Counted from the first letter of the stretch, positions 9,237 to 19,620 are shown. The stretch is 64,000 nt of DNA from Parcubacteria group bacterium Gr01-1014_38 (GCA_007376145.1 VMFP01000001.1:122835-186834); one strand, 5' to 3'. Program-made: numbers and translations. The notes: generated from the letters alone by a model not told the origin.

Positions 9237-11108
9237 TCACTTTTTCTCTGCCTCTCCCTCGACGGTCTTTCCGCCAGCGGGTTCTTGAACTGGCTGTTGC
9301 GCAGCCTGCTGCTGATACATCGCAGCTCCGATCTTCATGACCGTCTGGTTTAGGTCTTCGATGGCTTTCTTGAGCGCGGGGGTGTCTTCGCCTTTCTGCG
9401 AGGACTGCACAGCCTCGAGCTTTCCTTCAATCTCCTTCTTCACGTCGGCCGGCACTTTGTCGCCCATTTCCCGGAGAGTCTTTTCCGTCTGGTACACCAT
9501 CGCTTCCGCTTGATTACGGGTTTCGATCGCTTCCTTCTTCTTCTGGTCTTCCTCCGCATGCGCGGCCGCATCCCGCGTCAGACGCTCGACTTCGTCCTTC
9601 GAAAGGCCGGAAGACCCTTGGACGGTAATTTTCTGCTCCCGGCTCGTGGCCTTGTCCTTTGCGGAGACGGTCAGGATCCCGTTCGCGTCAATGTCAAAGG
9701 AGACCTCGATCTGGGGGACGCCGCGCGGCGCGGGCGGAATGCCGTCGAGGATGAATCGCCCCAGACTCTTGTTATCGGCAGCCATCTCGCGCTCTCCCTG
9801 GAGGACGTTGATTTCCACCTGCGGCTGGCTGTCGGACGCCGTCGAGAAGACTTGTGACTTCCGCGTCGGCACCGTCGTGTTCTTCGCAATGAGCGGGGTG
9901 CGAACGCTCCCGAGCGTTTCGAGGCCCAGCGTGAGTGGTGTCACGTCGAGGAGGAGGACGTCCTTCACGTCGCCCTGGAGAATCCCGCCCTGGATCGCGG
10001 CGCCGACCGCGACGACTTCATCCGGGTTTACGTCCTTATGCGCCTTTTTTCCAAACAAGCCTTCGACGGCCTCGATCACCTTCGGCATGCGGATTTGGCC
10101 GCCGACGAGGACCACTTCGTCGATATCCTTCGGCTCCAGTTTGGCTTCCGCCAGTGCTTCTTTCGTGAGCGCGATGGTGCGGTCCACGTATTCGCCGACG
10201 AGCTCTTCGAGCTTCGCGCGGGTGAGCTTTAGGAGGAGGTGCTTCGGGCCGGAGGCATCGGTGGTGATGAATGGCTGGTTGATCTCCGTTTCCGACACTG
10301 TGGAGAGCTCGATCTTCGCCTTCTCCGCGGCTTCCTTGAGGCGCTGGAGCGCGATGGGATCCTTGCTCAAGTCGATGCCGTACTGCTTCAGGAACTCACC
10401 TGTCATCCAGTCAATAATCTTCTGGTCAAAGTCGTCTCCGCCGAGGTGCGTATCCCCGTGCGTGGCTTTCACTTCGATGGTTTCCGGAGCGACCTCCAGG
10501 ATGGAGAGGTCGAACGTTCCGCCGCCCAGGTCGTATACGACGATCCGTTCTTCTTTCTTCTTCTCGAGCCCATAGGCCAAGGCAGCCGCCGTCGGTTCGT
10601 TCAGGATGCGGCGGACGTTGAACCCGGCAATCGTGCCGGCATCTTTCGTCGCCTTACGCTGGGAGTCGTCGAAGTACGCGGGGACGGTGATGACGGCATC
10701 GGTGATGTTCTCGCCAAGTTTCTCCTCTGCATCGGCCTTGAGCTTCTGCAAGACCATGGCGGAGATTTCCGCCGGCTTATACCACTGGTCCCCCATATTC
10801 ACCTCGACGCCGCCCTCCGCACTCTCGCGGATATCAAACGGCAGGAGGTCTTGGTCGCGCTGGATTTCGGGGTCGGAGAACCGCCGGCCGATGAGTCGCT
10901 TAATGGAGTAAAGTGTGTGTTCGGGGTTCGTCACCGCTTGGCGTTTCGCCGTAATGCCGACGTGACGATCGCCGGTCTTCGCGATTGCAACGACGGACGG
11001 AGTTGTCCGCGCTCCCTCGCGATTTTCGAGAACGCGCGGCTTGCCACCTTCGATGATGGCCATACAGGAGTTCGTCGTTCCGAGGTCGATTCCAAGAATC
11101 TTGGGCAT
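9237..11108 (-). CDS. dnaK: chaperone DnaK (Hsp70)
   Basis: [37 protein letters not shown] and C-terminal substrate-binding/lid regions; 623 aa. Confidence 0.95.
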   Translation of the reverse strand: MPKILGIDLGTTNSCMAIIEGGKPRVLENREGARTTPSVVAIAKTGDRHVGITAKRQAVTNPEHTLYSIKRLIGRRFSDPEIQRDQDLLPFDIRESAEGGVEVNMGDQWYKPAEISAMVLQKLKADAEEKLGENITDAVITVPAYFDDSQRKATKDAGTIAGFNVRRILNEPTAAALAYGLEKKKEERIVVYDLGGGTFDLSILEVAPETIEVKATHGDTHLGGDDFDQKIIDWMTGEFLKQYGIDLSKDPIALQRLKEAAEKAKIELSTVSETEINQPFITTDASGPKHLLLKLTRAKLEELVGEYVDRTIALTKEALAEAKLEPKDIDEVVLVGGQIRMPKVIEAVEGLFGKKAHKDVNPDEVVAVGAAIQGGILQGDVKDVLLLDVTPLTLGLETLGSVRTPLIAKNTTVPTRKSQVFSTASDSQPQVEINVLQGEREMAADNKSLGRFILDGIPPAPRGVPQIEVSFDIDANGILTVSAKDKATSREQKITVQGSSGLSKDEVERLTRDAAAHAEEDQKKKEAIETRNQAEAMVYQTEKTLREMGDKVPADVKKEIEGKLEAVQSSQKGEDTPALKKAIEDLNQTVMKIGAAMYQQQAAQQPVQEPAGGKTVEGEAEKK

Positions 11109-11158
11109 GAGTGTGAAGCGTAGGAGTGAGAGGATGAGTGCTCAGACGCGAGCTGGTC

Positions 11159-11671
11159 TCACGTCTCAGAACTCTTTGAAACCTTTACGCGCGCTGCCCG
11201 CAAGACCTGACCATTCCGCAGATACCCGGCCGCAAGCACTTCCGTAATCGTGCCAGCGGAAAGATGGGATGGCTCTTCCGCGACTGCCTCGTGAAGCTTC
11301 GGATCGAACGGCGACCCGACCTCACCAGTGGCAGTCACTCCGGCCTCTTGGAGGAACGAACGAAAGGCTTGGTAGATCTGGACGATACCCGTGGTCCACG
11401 GATGGGATTTGAGTTCCTCCGGGGTGTGGCGCATTGCTGCCTCAAAGTAGTCCAGAAGAGAAATCAAGTCCTTGAGGACGCTATCTTGCGCTGCATCGGA
11501 GGCATGTGCAAGACGGTCTTCCAGATCCTTCCGCAGGTTCTCGTAGTCCGCGAGTGCCCGCTGCCAGCCGGCAAGATGCTCGGAGGCGGCAGCTTCTGCC
11601 GCTGCCAGTCGGGGATCCGTGTTCGTTCGGTGGACGGTTCCCGCTGGGAGACCGCGGAGCGGAGCCGGCAT
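11159..11671 (-). CDS. grpE: nucleotide exchange factor GrpE
   Basis: RALADYENLRKD coiled-coil and C-terminal beta domain typical of GrpE; its start shares one nucleotide with the hrcA stop (TGATG). Confidence 0.85.
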   Translation of the reverse strand: MPAPLRGLPAGTVHRTNTDPRLAAAEAAASEHLAGWQRALADYENLRKDLEDRLAHASDAAQDSVLKDLISLLDYFEAAMRHTPEELKSHPWTTGIVQIYQAFRSFLQEAGVTATGEVGSPFDPKLHEAVAEEPSHLSAGTITEVLAAGYLRNGQVLRAARVKVSKSSET

Positions 11672-12387
11672 CAGAGAGACCGGAGGGTATGGACTGCGCG
11701 GAGAATCCGCATGTTTCTCGTGTACGGCATGCGGAGGGGCCCGATGAGTGCCGCAAGCAGCTGGAGTCCGGTGGGCAGCATCGGCGCTGTCACGAGCATG
11801 CTGACATGCTCCGCCCGTGCGACTGGATTCTCTCCATCGATAAAGACGGTCGGTTGCCCATCGGCCACGTGGGCCATCAATGTCTCACTGTGTTCCTCGA
11901 ATGCCTGGAGGACACGCTCCAGATCGTGGGCCGTCTCCCCGTCGGTGAGTTCACGCATGCGGAAGAGATTGGCCAACCCGGCTGGCTCCCGGACCACTGC
12001 CTCCGGAAGTATCGCCACCACCGCCAACGTCCCCGAGAGACGCGCGAGCAGCTGCGCCAGTTCGCGGGCGAGTGCGGCTTCCTGACTCGGATCAACGGCC
12101 GGTGCGAACCGGCGAAGCGCGGCAACGGCGGCTGGCGACGGAGCGCGGGCTCCCGCGTGATCCACGTAGTAGCGATACCCCAAGCGCGTTGGGACGCGTC
12201 CAGAAGACCGATGCGGATGTTCCAGAAACCCTTCGTCTTCGAGTTGAGCAAATTCGGCGCGGACGGTCGCGGAACTCCAGGGAAGGCGTACCCGTTCCAG
12301 CAGAGCTTCTGACCCAACCGGAATCCCCGTCCGGATGTACTCCCGAACGGCGGTGCAGAGAAGCGTGGATTGTCGGTCCGTGAGCAT
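11671..12387 (-). CDS. hrcA: heat-inducible transcription repressor HrcA
   Basis: MLTDRQSTLLCTAVREYIRTGIPVGSEALL...SSGRVPTRLGYRYYVDH matches the HrcA N-terminal wHTH and conserved region. Start set to ATG at 12387; the longer ORF-track N-terminus would translate the CIRCE element. Confidence 0.85.
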   Translation of the reverse strand: MLTDRQSTLLCTAVREYIRTGIPVGSEALLERVRLPWSSATVRAEFAQLEDEGFLEHPHRSSGRVPTRLGYRYYVDHAGARAPSPAAVAALRRFAPAVDPSQEAALARELAQLLARLSGTLAVVAILPEAVVREPAGLANLFRMRELTDGETAHDLERVLQAFEEHSETLMAHVADGQPTVFIDGENPVARAEHVSMLVTAPMLPTGLQLLAALIGPLRMPYTRNMRILRAVHTLRSL

Positions 12388-12388
12388 G

Positions 12389-12415
12389 TTTAGCACTCTC
12401 GCGCTTTGAGTGCTA
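12389..12415. promoter_or_regulatory. CIRCE operator (HrcA binding site) TTAGCACTC-N9-GAGTGCTAA
   Basis: Perfect consensus inverted repeat ttagcactc tcgcgcttt gagtgctaa immediately upstream of hrcA. Confidence 0.9.
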
Positions 12416-12417
12416 AA

Positions 12418-12447
12418 AGTATGCGCCCCCGCTCTTGCCGTTGTCAA
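12418..12447 (-). promoter_or_regulatory. sigma-A type promoter candidate for hrcA operon (TTGACA -N18- CATACT) preceding CIRCE
   Basis: Minus-strand reading: TTGACA acggcaagagcgggggcg CATACT tttagcactc; the classic promoter-then-CIRCE layout. Confidence 0.45.
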
Positions 12448-12475
12448 GGGTTGTTTGCTACGGTGAAGGGCTTCC

Positions 12476-13027
12476 ATGAATCAAACACGTCTCACAATCA
12501 TCCTCTCCGGCCTTGCGATCGTCGTGGTCGCAGCCGCTGCCGGGTACGGACTCGGAATGCTGGCGGAAAAGCGGGTCGCTCCAGAAGCGCCGCGCACCCC
12601 GGAAGCTACCGCATTGCCGTCTCCCAGTCCTTCCCTTCCCTTACCCAGTCTGACTCCGACCGCGTCGCCCCTCCCCGCTTCTCCGCGGGTTCCCGCCGCC
12701 GCCCCCACCGGGCCGGACCAAGGACCCCCAGAGCCGGTATTCCGCGTGGTGATCGAACCCTTCCCCACGGTCGTGCGGGCCGGAACCCCGCTGCGTGTCC
12801 GCTGGCAGATTCACGGACCCGCCGGGCTCCAAGGCGCCGCCACGAGACTCGTCGTGGTTCCGGAACAAGGGTCACCGGTGGTCAGTGCAGTCGCGCCCTC
12901 CGCTCTCTTCCCCGCGCGCTTCGAGGCGACGGTGACGGCCCCGGATCGCGGTCGCATGCTGCTCGTCGCCGAAGCCACGGCAAATGGTCAAACGGTGCAC
13001 GCCAAGCAGCGCGTCGTGGTTGAATAA
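12476..13027 (+). CDS. hypothetical membrane-anchored Pro-rich protein (183 aa)
   Basis: N-terminal TM LTIILSGLAIVVVAAAAGYGLGML, Pro/Ser-rich linker, beta-rich C-terminal domain; divergent from hrcA. Confidence 0.5.
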   Translation: MNQTRLTIILSGLAIVVVAAAAGYGLGMLAEKRVAPEAPRTPEATALPSPSPSLPLPSLTPTASPLPASPRVPAAAPTGPDQGPPEPVFRVVIEPFPTVVRAGTPLRVRWQIHGPAGLQGAATRLVVVPEQGSPVVSAVAPSALFPARFEATVTAPDRGRMLLVAEATANGQTVHAKQRVVVE

Positions 13028-13153
13028 GTAACCCCCACAACGCGTAAGCGGCACGAGGGCGCTCCTCGCTTTCCTCGCTCGCCCCACCATGATGGACCCT
13101 CTGCGGTGGACGTGCCGGTGACTGGCATGGTAGTGTGATCGCGCGTCCACCGT

Positions 13154-14452
13154 ATGGGGTCCATCACACGCTCAATGCAGACGCCGCCAATACAGCCGGT
13201 CCCTCCACAGGAAGGAGGAGGAAAGAAGAAAAATCTTTTGATGCTCGTGGTTGTGGCCACGATGGTGGGGGTGGCTTCTGTGTTGTTTCTTCTCACCATT
13301 CGCATACAACAAGGGGATGGAGGACTTCCGGAGAGAACTTCCGAGGAAGTTGGGCAGCCATCAACGATGATGCCGCAGTCTCAAGTAATCCCCCCGCAGG
13401 CGACCGGACAGAGGACAAGAGTTATCTACGCAACGTACGAGGACCCAAACGTGAATATTTACTCTGCCCTGCCAGACGGCTCTGACCGGAAGATCGTAGT
13501 TTCCGAAAAGCCGCCGGCGTTCCAGTCCGGTCTCGAGGCCATGCTCCGGTTGAGGGTTTCGCCACGACGCGATCTCCTTGCCTACGCACTCTATCCCAGA
13601 GACACCATTTCAATTGTCAACACTACTGGTGAGCGCCTCCGTACCGTACGCGGCGATTTCCAGTCCTTTGGGTGGTCGCCTGATGGGGAAAACTTTCTGT
13701 ATAATCTACAGCTTCCGTCGTCTTCATCGGATACGGGGGGCGTATCTCTGCAAGGGCCTGCTCGAGAATGGTATCTTCTCAATGCGGGAACCGGAGAGGA
13801 AAGTCTCCTTGCTTCACGCGATGTTCACCGCGACGAGCTTATCGCATGGGCGGAACGCGAAAAAGTTTTGTTCGCCGATCACGTCCTGGGAAGTAAAAGC
13901 TATTACCTCTTTGACGTGAACAAGAAAGAATCATCTCCGCTGCCCAATGTTGAACAGTGGATGGACATGAGGAAAGTTTCTGTAAGCCCATCAGGTAGAC
14001 GGCGAGTACTATTTGCAGTACCCAGTCCCATCGGTCGTAGCGGCGGGTTGTGTGAATTTCTTGAGTTTGGAGAGGAATGGCAGTTCAAGCAACTCCTGTT
14101 TTCAGAGAGGTGCCAGTCGGGGAGCCTCTACGGCGATCTCGGGTGGAACGGAGACGACGAGTTGTTTTATACGGAAGCAACGACGGAGCCACCACAGGGG
14201 TTAAGTCTTGTCAACGACTCGATCAATAAATATGATTTTCGGACGAGACAGCGAAAGCCAGTTCTCTCGCGTGCAGGACGAGAAAGGTATCAGCTAGCGG
14301 GAGTGCTGGAAGGACAAGGGCTCCTCGTTTTGAAGAGGGTCATCGGGAACCCGGAGTACGTATTAGAGGTTCGCAGTTTTGATGGTCGTGAGCCCGTGAC
14401 TATTCATTCGAGTAATCAGGAGGGTATGATTGTTGATTGGGTGCGAGAATAG
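13154..14452 (+). CDS. membrane-anchored TolB-like beta-propeller protein (432 aa), lower GC
   Basis: TM LLMLVVVATMVGVASVLFLL then repeated WSPDG / VSPSG propeller-blade motifs; local GC ~50%. Confidence 0.6.
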   Translation: MGSITRSMQTPPIQPVPPQEGGGKKKNLLMLVVVATMVGVASVLFLLTIRIQQGDGGLPERTSEEVGQPSTMMPQSQVIPPQATGQRTRVIYATYEDPNVNIYSALPDGSDRKIVVSEKPPAFQSGLEAMLRLRVSPRRDLLAYALYPRDTISIVNTTGERLRTVRGDFQSFGWSPDGENFLYNLQLPSSSSDTGGVSLQGPAREWYLLNAGTGEESLLASRDVHRDELIAWAEREKVLFADHVLGSKSYYLFDVNKKESSPLPNVEQWMDMRKVSVSPSGRRRVLFAVPSPIGRSGGLCEFLEFGEEWQFKQLLFSERCQSGSLYGDLGWNGDDELFYTEATTEPPQGLSLVNDSINKYDFRTRQRKPVLSRAGRERYQLAGVLEGQGLLVLKRVIGNPEYVLEVRSFDGREPVTIHSSNQEGMIVDWVRE

Positions 14453-14538
14453 AACGAGCGATTTCAACGTGACACATCCCCGACTTGGGGTTACGTTGAA
14501 TAGTTGGGGGCGTTCCGCGTTGGTCGGCGGAGGGAACG

Positions 14539-15699
14539 TCAGCGTCTGAAGACCAGATAGAGACGGTTTGCGTGAACCGGATCTGCCACGACGAAGCGGA
14601 GGGAGGCGCGGAGCGGCGTGTCGAGCGCGCGCCAGGTGTTGCCGTCATCGGTTGAGGAGAACAGTACGGAGCCGGACGCCGCCCAGAGTGTCCCGTTCGG
14701 ACTCTGGGCGATGCTGACGACTGGCGTCCGGACCGTTCCGGATGATGGAAGCTTCAGCTTCGTCCATGTGTCGCCGTCATCATCGGAACGGTAGAGCGCG
14801 GATTGCGTTCCGACGAGCATTGGCGTTCGCCCTTCGACGGGTTTCAGAAAGAGCACCGCATGCGCCGGATCCCGCGGCTCGCCGAACCCAACCGGGAGGA
14901 GTCCAGGGTCATCGCGTTCTCTCTGGTCTCGTGTTCGGCCCAGCCGCACGAGATCCCCACTCGTCCCGCCATCGGATGAACGCACCAAGCTTCCGTCCGT
15001 CAAGCGGATGAGGAGCAGCGCTCCGGCGGCGGGGGACACTTTCAAGCCCGTAATGCCCTGTTGGAAGGAGCGGCGTGTCTGCCAGTGAATGCCTCCGTCG
15101 GTCGAGACGAGGAGTGCGCCCGTGCTCGTTCCCGCGTACACGACTTCCGGAGAGCGAGCATCGTGTGCCACCACCGTGACCATGGCACGTACCTCGCGTC
15201 GCCGTCGGACGAGTGCTCCCACCTCCACCGTGGCCGTTGGGGCGGTGAACACTTCCGCCCAGGTTTCCCCTGCGTCGAGCGACTTCCAGATTTTTCCGCG
15301 CTGATTCGGAGCAGGTGCCGCGCCGGCCGCGAGGAGAATGCGGGGATTCCGGGGGTGGACGCTCACGCCGTGGACTTCTCCCGCGGGAATCGCGAGACGC
15401 TCCCAGCGGTCCCCCGCCGATGTCGTGCGGAACAAACCTTCGTCTGCCGCGAGATAGAGCGTGTCTGGAGCGACGCGAGCCGATTCTACGTGGCGCGGCC
15501 GAACGGCGGAGAGGTTTCCGCCGTCAGCGAGGAGGACCTTCTGAAAAAAGGTGATGCCCCCGTCGTCCGACCGATAGATGCCGCCGGGAGGAAGGGGGGA
15601 TGCTTGTGGGCCGGATTCCCGCACGCATCCTGCGCCGACGAACGGAAATGCTCCAAGGAGCACTATCAGACGGATCAATCCTTGACGGGTCGTCCACAT
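14539..15699 (-). CDS. BNR/Asp-box repeat lipoprotein (sortilin/Ycf48-like beta-propeller)
   Basis: Start at ATG 15699 gives a lipoprotein signal peptide with lipobox (VGAGC); 6-7 SxDxGxTW Asp-box repeats (YRSDDGGITF, KSLDAGETWAEV, VSTDGGIHWQT, YRSDDDGDTWTKL, SSTDDGNTWRAL). The longer upstream ORF-track extension is non-protein-like. Confidence 0.65.
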   Translation of the reverse strand: MWTTRQGLIRLIVLLGAFPFVGAGCVRESGPQASPLPPGGIYRSDDGGITFFQKVLLADGGNLSAVRPRHVESARVAPDTLYLAADEGLFRTTSAGDRWERLAIPAGEVHGVSVHPRNPRILLAAGAAPAPNQRGKIWKSLDAGETWAEVFTAPTATVEVGALVRRRREVRAMVTVVAHDARSPEVVYAGTSTGALLVSTDGGIHWQTRRSFQQGITGLKVSPAAGALLLIRLTDGSLVRSSDGGTSGDLVRLGRTRDQRERDDPGLLPVGFGEPRDPAHAVLFLKPVEGRTPMLVGTQSALYRSDDDGDTWTKLKLPSSGTVRTPVVSIAQSPNGTLWAASGSVLFSSTDDGNTWRALDTPLRASLRFVVADPVHANRLYLVFRR

Positions 15700-15741
15700 G
15701 CCACCATCCAGCTTCTCGCAAACTGGCTCTCTTGAAAACCC

Positions 15742-16815
15742 ATGGAACGAGGAGGTCTTTTTATGCGACGTTCTGAAGGGTTGCGCCCGCTCTTTGCCGT
15801 CGTCGCGGATTTTCATCTCCGGACGCCGGCCGAAGAAGCGTACGAGCGCTTTCGAGGGCATGTTCTTTCTTTTGCCATGGTTCCTGAAAGATTCTATGCT
15901 GACGATATGCGGAGGGAAATTTCCACCGGAGAGCTCCGCTGGATTCATATCACGGATCCGAAGGAAGGCGATCTCCAGTTCCTTCGCGAGGAACTCGGCT
16001 TTCATGCGCTGGACGTTGAGGAATGCCGCCGTCCCAGCCTCCGCCCAAAAGTGGAATCGCACCCCGAGTACCTGTTTCTCGTCGTCCATGCCCCGACGCA
16101 CCTGCGCGAGGAACGTGCCACCCTCCCTGCCGAGTTCGATGTCTTCGTTACCCCAAACACCCTCGTCACGGTTCACGCCGCTTCTGCGTCGCACCTGGAT
16201 GGGTTCTTCCGCGACGTCTCAACAAACGACGACCTGAAAACGCGCGTCGTCGGACGCGATACGGCGTACCTTCTTTACCGCATCCTCGACCACCTGTTCG
16301 AGACGGCCTTTCCCATGCTCGACCACATCACGGAGCACCTGACAGAGGTGGAGAAAAAGATTTTCACCGGCCACGAGCGGCAGATGGTTTCCGAGCTTTC
16401 GCTGATTCAGAGGGATCTCACAGGATTTCGGAGTATTGTGCGTCCCCAGCGGCACCTGTACGAAGCTGGGACGCTCCACGGCAGTTGGAATTCCCCCGCC
16501 GTCGCGGTCGTCTTCCGAAGCGTGCACGGAAAACTGACGCGCTTGTGGGACCACCTGGAAACTTTGTGGGAGCGCGCTGAAGCGCTCGCGGAGACCAACG
16601 CCGTGCTCGTGAACTACAAGCTCAATGAGTTTGTAAAAATCCTCACGGTCCTCGGCGCCTTCTTTATCCCGCTCGGTCTCATTGGACAGACGGCGGTCTT
16701 CATCCACGGCGGAATTCCCTTGCTGAATCGCCTTGTGTTCTTGGGCATCATCTGCGTCATGCTGCTCGTGGTCTACGTGGTGTTGTGGAACGCCAAGAAA
16801 CGGAAAATTCTCTAG
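15742..16815 (+). CDS. corA: CorA-family divalent cation transporter
   Basis: Cytoplasmic N-domain then two C-terminal TM helices (ILTVLGAFFIPLGLIGQ ... LVFLGIICVMLLVVYVVLW) and basic tail KKRKIL; CorA-like architecture. The canonical GMN motif is not obvious. Confidence 0.7.
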   Translation: MERGGLFMRRSEGLRPLFAVVADFHLRTPAEEAYERFRGHVLSFAMVPERFYADDMRREISTGELRWIHITDPKEGDLQFLREELGFHALDVEECRRPSLRPKVESHPEYLFLVVHAPTHLREERATLPAEFDVFVTPNTLVTVHAASASHLDGFFRDVSTNDDLKTRVVGRDTAYLLYRILDHLFETAFPMLDHITEHLTEVEKKIFTGHERQMVSELSLIQRDLTGFRSIVRPQRHLYEAGTLHGSWNSPAVAVVFRSVHGKLTRLWDHLETLWERAEALAETNAVLVNYKLNEFVKILTVLGAFFIPLGLIGQTAVFIHGGIPLLNRLVFLGIICVMLLVVYVVLWNAKKRKIL

Positions 16816-17462
16816 CCGCTCGCGCCGAGGTTGCCGCATGGGTCTCCCGCGCGCTCGGCGGCGTGGTGGAGTGGAGTCGTCGCTGCGCGGTACGGCCGGT
16901 CGTCCGCGTCTTACCGACTAAGGTGACGCCGAACCGGCTTTCCGGGTTGCGGCTGGTACTTGCGGGGATGCTTGCTGGGCTGCTCTGGCGCGGAGAGTTT
17001 CTTTTCGCCGCCTGGACGTATGCAGGAGCGCTGTATACCGACGCGCTCGATGGAGAGGTCGCGCGGCTCCGAGATGCGCGCACCCGGTTTGGCGCACGTC
17101 TTGATCCCTCTGTGGACAAAGTCCTCCACGGCGTCCTGTTTCTGTATTTTTGGAGCGAGGCTCCGGTATTGCTCGGTCTGCTCTTGCTTCTCGACCTCGG
17201 TCTCTTTCTCATCGGTTTGACACTGGTCTTGAGGTCAAGAGCACCATCGCGGGATCTGTCGGCTTCCGTCTTCGGCCGCTGGAAAATGATCTTCCAGGCC
17301 CTTGCCTGCGCGGCCTTGTTGTGGAACGTGCTCATCCCTTCCCTCCCCTTCCCGCGTCCGACGGTCGTCGCGCTCTTGTCGCTTGCGCTCGCTTTTGCCT
17401 TCTTGTCCGTGGTGGGGTACATCCGGAGATTTCGCGTAAGAGAAAAGAGCCCCTCGCTTTGA
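16785..17462 (+). CDS. pgsA: CDP-alcohol phosphatidyltransferase (PgsA-like); true start probably downstream (GTG) of listed start
   Basis: DALDGEVARLRDARTRFGARLDPSVDKV matches D-G-x2-A-R...G-x3-D-x3-D motif; multiple TM helices. Listed start overlaps corA by 30 nt. Confidence 0.7.
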   Translation: MERQETENSLAARAEVAAWVSRALGGVVEWSRRCAVRPVVRVLPTKVTPNRLSGLRLVLAGMLAGLLWRGEFLFAAWTYAGALYTDALDGEVARLRDARTRFGARLDPSVDKVLHGVLFLYFWSEAPVLLGLLLLLDLGLFLIGLTLVLRSRAPSRDLSASVFGRWKMIFQALACAALLWNVLIPSLPFPRPTVVALLSLALAFAFLSVVGYIRRFRVREKSPSL

Positions 17463-17492
17463 ACGAGAGGCTCGTTGAAAAAACGGAACACG

Positions 17493-18410
17493 TTACGGTG
17501 CGGCCTGCAGCTCCTCGTACACCTGCCTGGCGATGTTGTCGAGGTAGGTGGCGAGTGGCAGGGTGAGTGAAGAGATGAGTCCACAGGCGCACATGACGAA
17601 ACCTTCACCGCCGAACGAATGCTGAAAGACTGACTGCACCGGAGCACCGCACTCGCGAAGAGCGCGCTCGACCACGAGATTTTGATACTCCACGAAGGGC
17701 TGGTTCGAGAGTACCAAGTAGAACCCAGGTCGCGGCTTGTGCTTGGTAAACCACTCCTTGGCGGTGTCACCAGTGTTCGGTGGTCGCGTTCCGCCGTCAG
17801 TCTTCGGTTGGAGCGGTGTGTTCACCAGTTCGTACTTCCACTCTGGGGGAAGCTGCGACTGCTGCCAGGTGAACTCCATCATCTCGGCCTCGGTCGTCGG
17901 CATCCGCTCTGGCGCAGTCCACCCCTCCTTGAAGGGAAGTTCGGCCGGAGTACAGAGCACCTCACGACTCTCTTTCACGGGATCGAGCGGGCGAGCGCCA
18001 CCGAAGAGGTAGGCTTTCCAGTCGCGCTGGAAATCAACGCGCGGTGCGAACGTGGTGAAGTCCTGCAGGCGGCTGACGACACGAGGTCGCAGTGCGCCGA
18101 GGAGGACCATGCCTTCGTAGATGACGGGTCGCGGCTCAGACGGCGGGTACTCCGGTGGGAACTCCAGGAAAGGTGGAACTTCATCGATGCAGTCCAGCTC
18201 ACGCAACAGAGCGAGATCGTCATCCTTCGGCGGCTCCCCCTTGATCTGGAATCGAAGGTAGCCCTCCTTGAACCACTTTTGCTGGAGACGGTCGTTGAGG
18301 TCCTTGGGCGACACGTCGTCGGGCACGTCAATGCCGTACTTGCGGCAGAGGACGAGCAGCTTCGGAACCGGTCGGCTATTCTGAAGTGGGCCATTCTGAA
18401 TCAAGCGCAC
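17493..18410 (-). CDS. hypothetical protein (305 aa)
   Basis: Protein-like composition, no family recognised; adjacent to IS element. Confidence 0.45.
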   Translation of the reverse strand: MRLIQNGPLQNSRPVPKLLVLCRKYGIDVPDDVSPKDLNDRLQQKWFKEGYLRFQIKGEPPKDDDLALLRELDCIDEVPPFLEFPPEYPPSEPRPVIYEGMVLLGALRPRVVSRLQDFTTFAPRVDFQRDWKAYLFGGARPLDPVKESREVLCTPAELPFKEGWTAPERMPTTEAEMMEFTWQQSQLPPEWKYELVNTPLQPKTDGGTRPPNTGDTAKEWFTKHKPRPGFYLVLSNQPFVEYQNLVVERALRECGAPVQSVFQHSFGGEGFVMCACGLISSLTLPLATYLDNIARQVYEELQAAP

Positions 18411-18489
18411 GGTATGCCCTCCGCATACGAGGAAATAGGTTGTGAGAGTTCAGATCCCAGAACGTCTGGGGACCAAAACCATAGCATGT

Positions 18490-19616
18490 CTCATCCCCCA
18501 TGTCAAGGAAATGTATTGTGCCACCACATTTTGCACTGCTCCGGGTACTTTTCCCCAAGGAACTGAACCGGTGATTTGAGCCCGAGGGCGTGGTGCGGCC
18601 GCTCGGTGTTGTGCCAGAGGAGATGCTCGACGAGCCGGACGTTGAACCGTCGAACGTCAAGGAGGAGTCCCGCGTGATAGTTCACGAACTCCTCCTGAAG
18701 GGTGCGGTTGAACCGCTCGTCGTGCGGGTTCATGCGCGGGCACTGCGGGTACGTCTTCCAGTGGGTGAGGTGCTGGTTCCGGACCTCGGCGGCAAAGCGC
18801 TTCTTGAACTCACTCCCGTTATCGGAGAGGACGTAGACCCAGGGAACCGGGAAGACCCGACGGACAAGGCGGAAGAACTCCGCCGCAGCCTGGGAGGCAT
18901 GACTCCGTGTCGCCCACGCGAAGGAGAACCGGGAGTGCGTATCGGTGAACGTGAGGAGGTACCGCCGCGTCCCGTGGAGGAACCGTTCAATGGTATCAAG
19001 GGTCACGAGATGGCCGGGATAGTCCGCGTGGAAGCCCTTCGGCTTCCGGAGGACATGTTCTCGCTTCCTCGGAACGATCCGCCCGTCGTGCCGGACCTTC
19101 TCCGGGAACAGGCGGAGGCCGCCGAGGTCGTGAATGAGACGAGCGACCGTGCGCGCAGAGGGAACGGAGAGCCTCCGTGCGATGCAGAACGGTCGGAGGA
19201 GCACGGCACACTTCGCGGGGCCGAGGTTCGGGTGTTCCTCACGGAGACGCCGGATCTCCGCGAGGACCTCCGGGGGCCACTCCGCGGTTCTCCGCCGGAG
19301 CGTGTGCGGCTTCGTACTCTTCGGGTTCAGGGCTTCCGGCATCCCACCACCCTCACGGAGCTGCTGCTTCCAGAGGAAAAGGGTTCTCCGAGACACACGG
19401 AAGGCCTCCTGGGTGGCCGCGAGGCCGTGCCGCTCCCAGAAGGCGAGGATGCGGGCGCGGTCTGTCGCTGAGCGGGTGATCATATGGGACCAGCGGAGCG
19501 CATAGTCCGACAGGCGCACAAACCCCCGGACACCGTACGAGAGACGGAGCACCCGCATCAGCGCTTCCGTGAACCACGCTCCAGGGAGTGCAAAATGTTT
19601 CTGGCACTATGCAGGA
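18490..19616. mobile_element. IS481-family insertion sequence (~1.1 kb) with ~30-bp imperfect terminal inverted repeats
   Basis: Single DDE transposase ORF flanked by IRs: left tgtattGTGCCAccACATTTTGCACTgctccggg (18512-18545, overlapping transposase 3' end) and right (revcomp of 19581-19615) cctgcataGTGCCAgaaACATTTTGCACTccctgg. Confidence 0.75.
18503..19558 (-). CDS. IS481-family DDE transposase (rve integrase core)
   Basis: N-terminal HTH, then HLVTLDT (D), VLSDNGSEF (D), ERFNRTLQEEF (E) and ERPHHALGLKSP: typical rve-domain IS481 transposase, 351 aa. Confidence 0.85.
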   Translation of the reverse strand: MRVLRLSYGVRGFVRLSDYALRWSHMITRSATDRARILAFWERHGLAATQEAFRVSRRTLFLWKQQLREGGGMPEALNPKSTKPHTLRRRTAEWPPEVLAEIRRLREEHPNLGPAKCAVLLRPFCIARRLSVPSARTVARLIHDLGGLRLFPEKVRHDGRIVPRKREHVLRKPKGFHADYPGHLVTLDTIERFLHGTRRYLLTFTDTHSRFSFAWATRSHASQAAAEFFRLVRRVFPVPWVYVLSDNGSEFKKRFAAEVRNQHLTHWKTYPQCPRMNPHDERFNRTLQEEFVNYHAGLLLDVRRFNVRLVEHLLWHNTERPHHALGLKSPVQFLGEKYPEQCKMWWHNTFP

Positions 19617-19620
19617 AAAA

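Noticed and set aside
9646-10575. 309-aa plus-strand ORF
   Set aside because: Antisense to dnaK; Ser/Arg-rich low-complexity translation.
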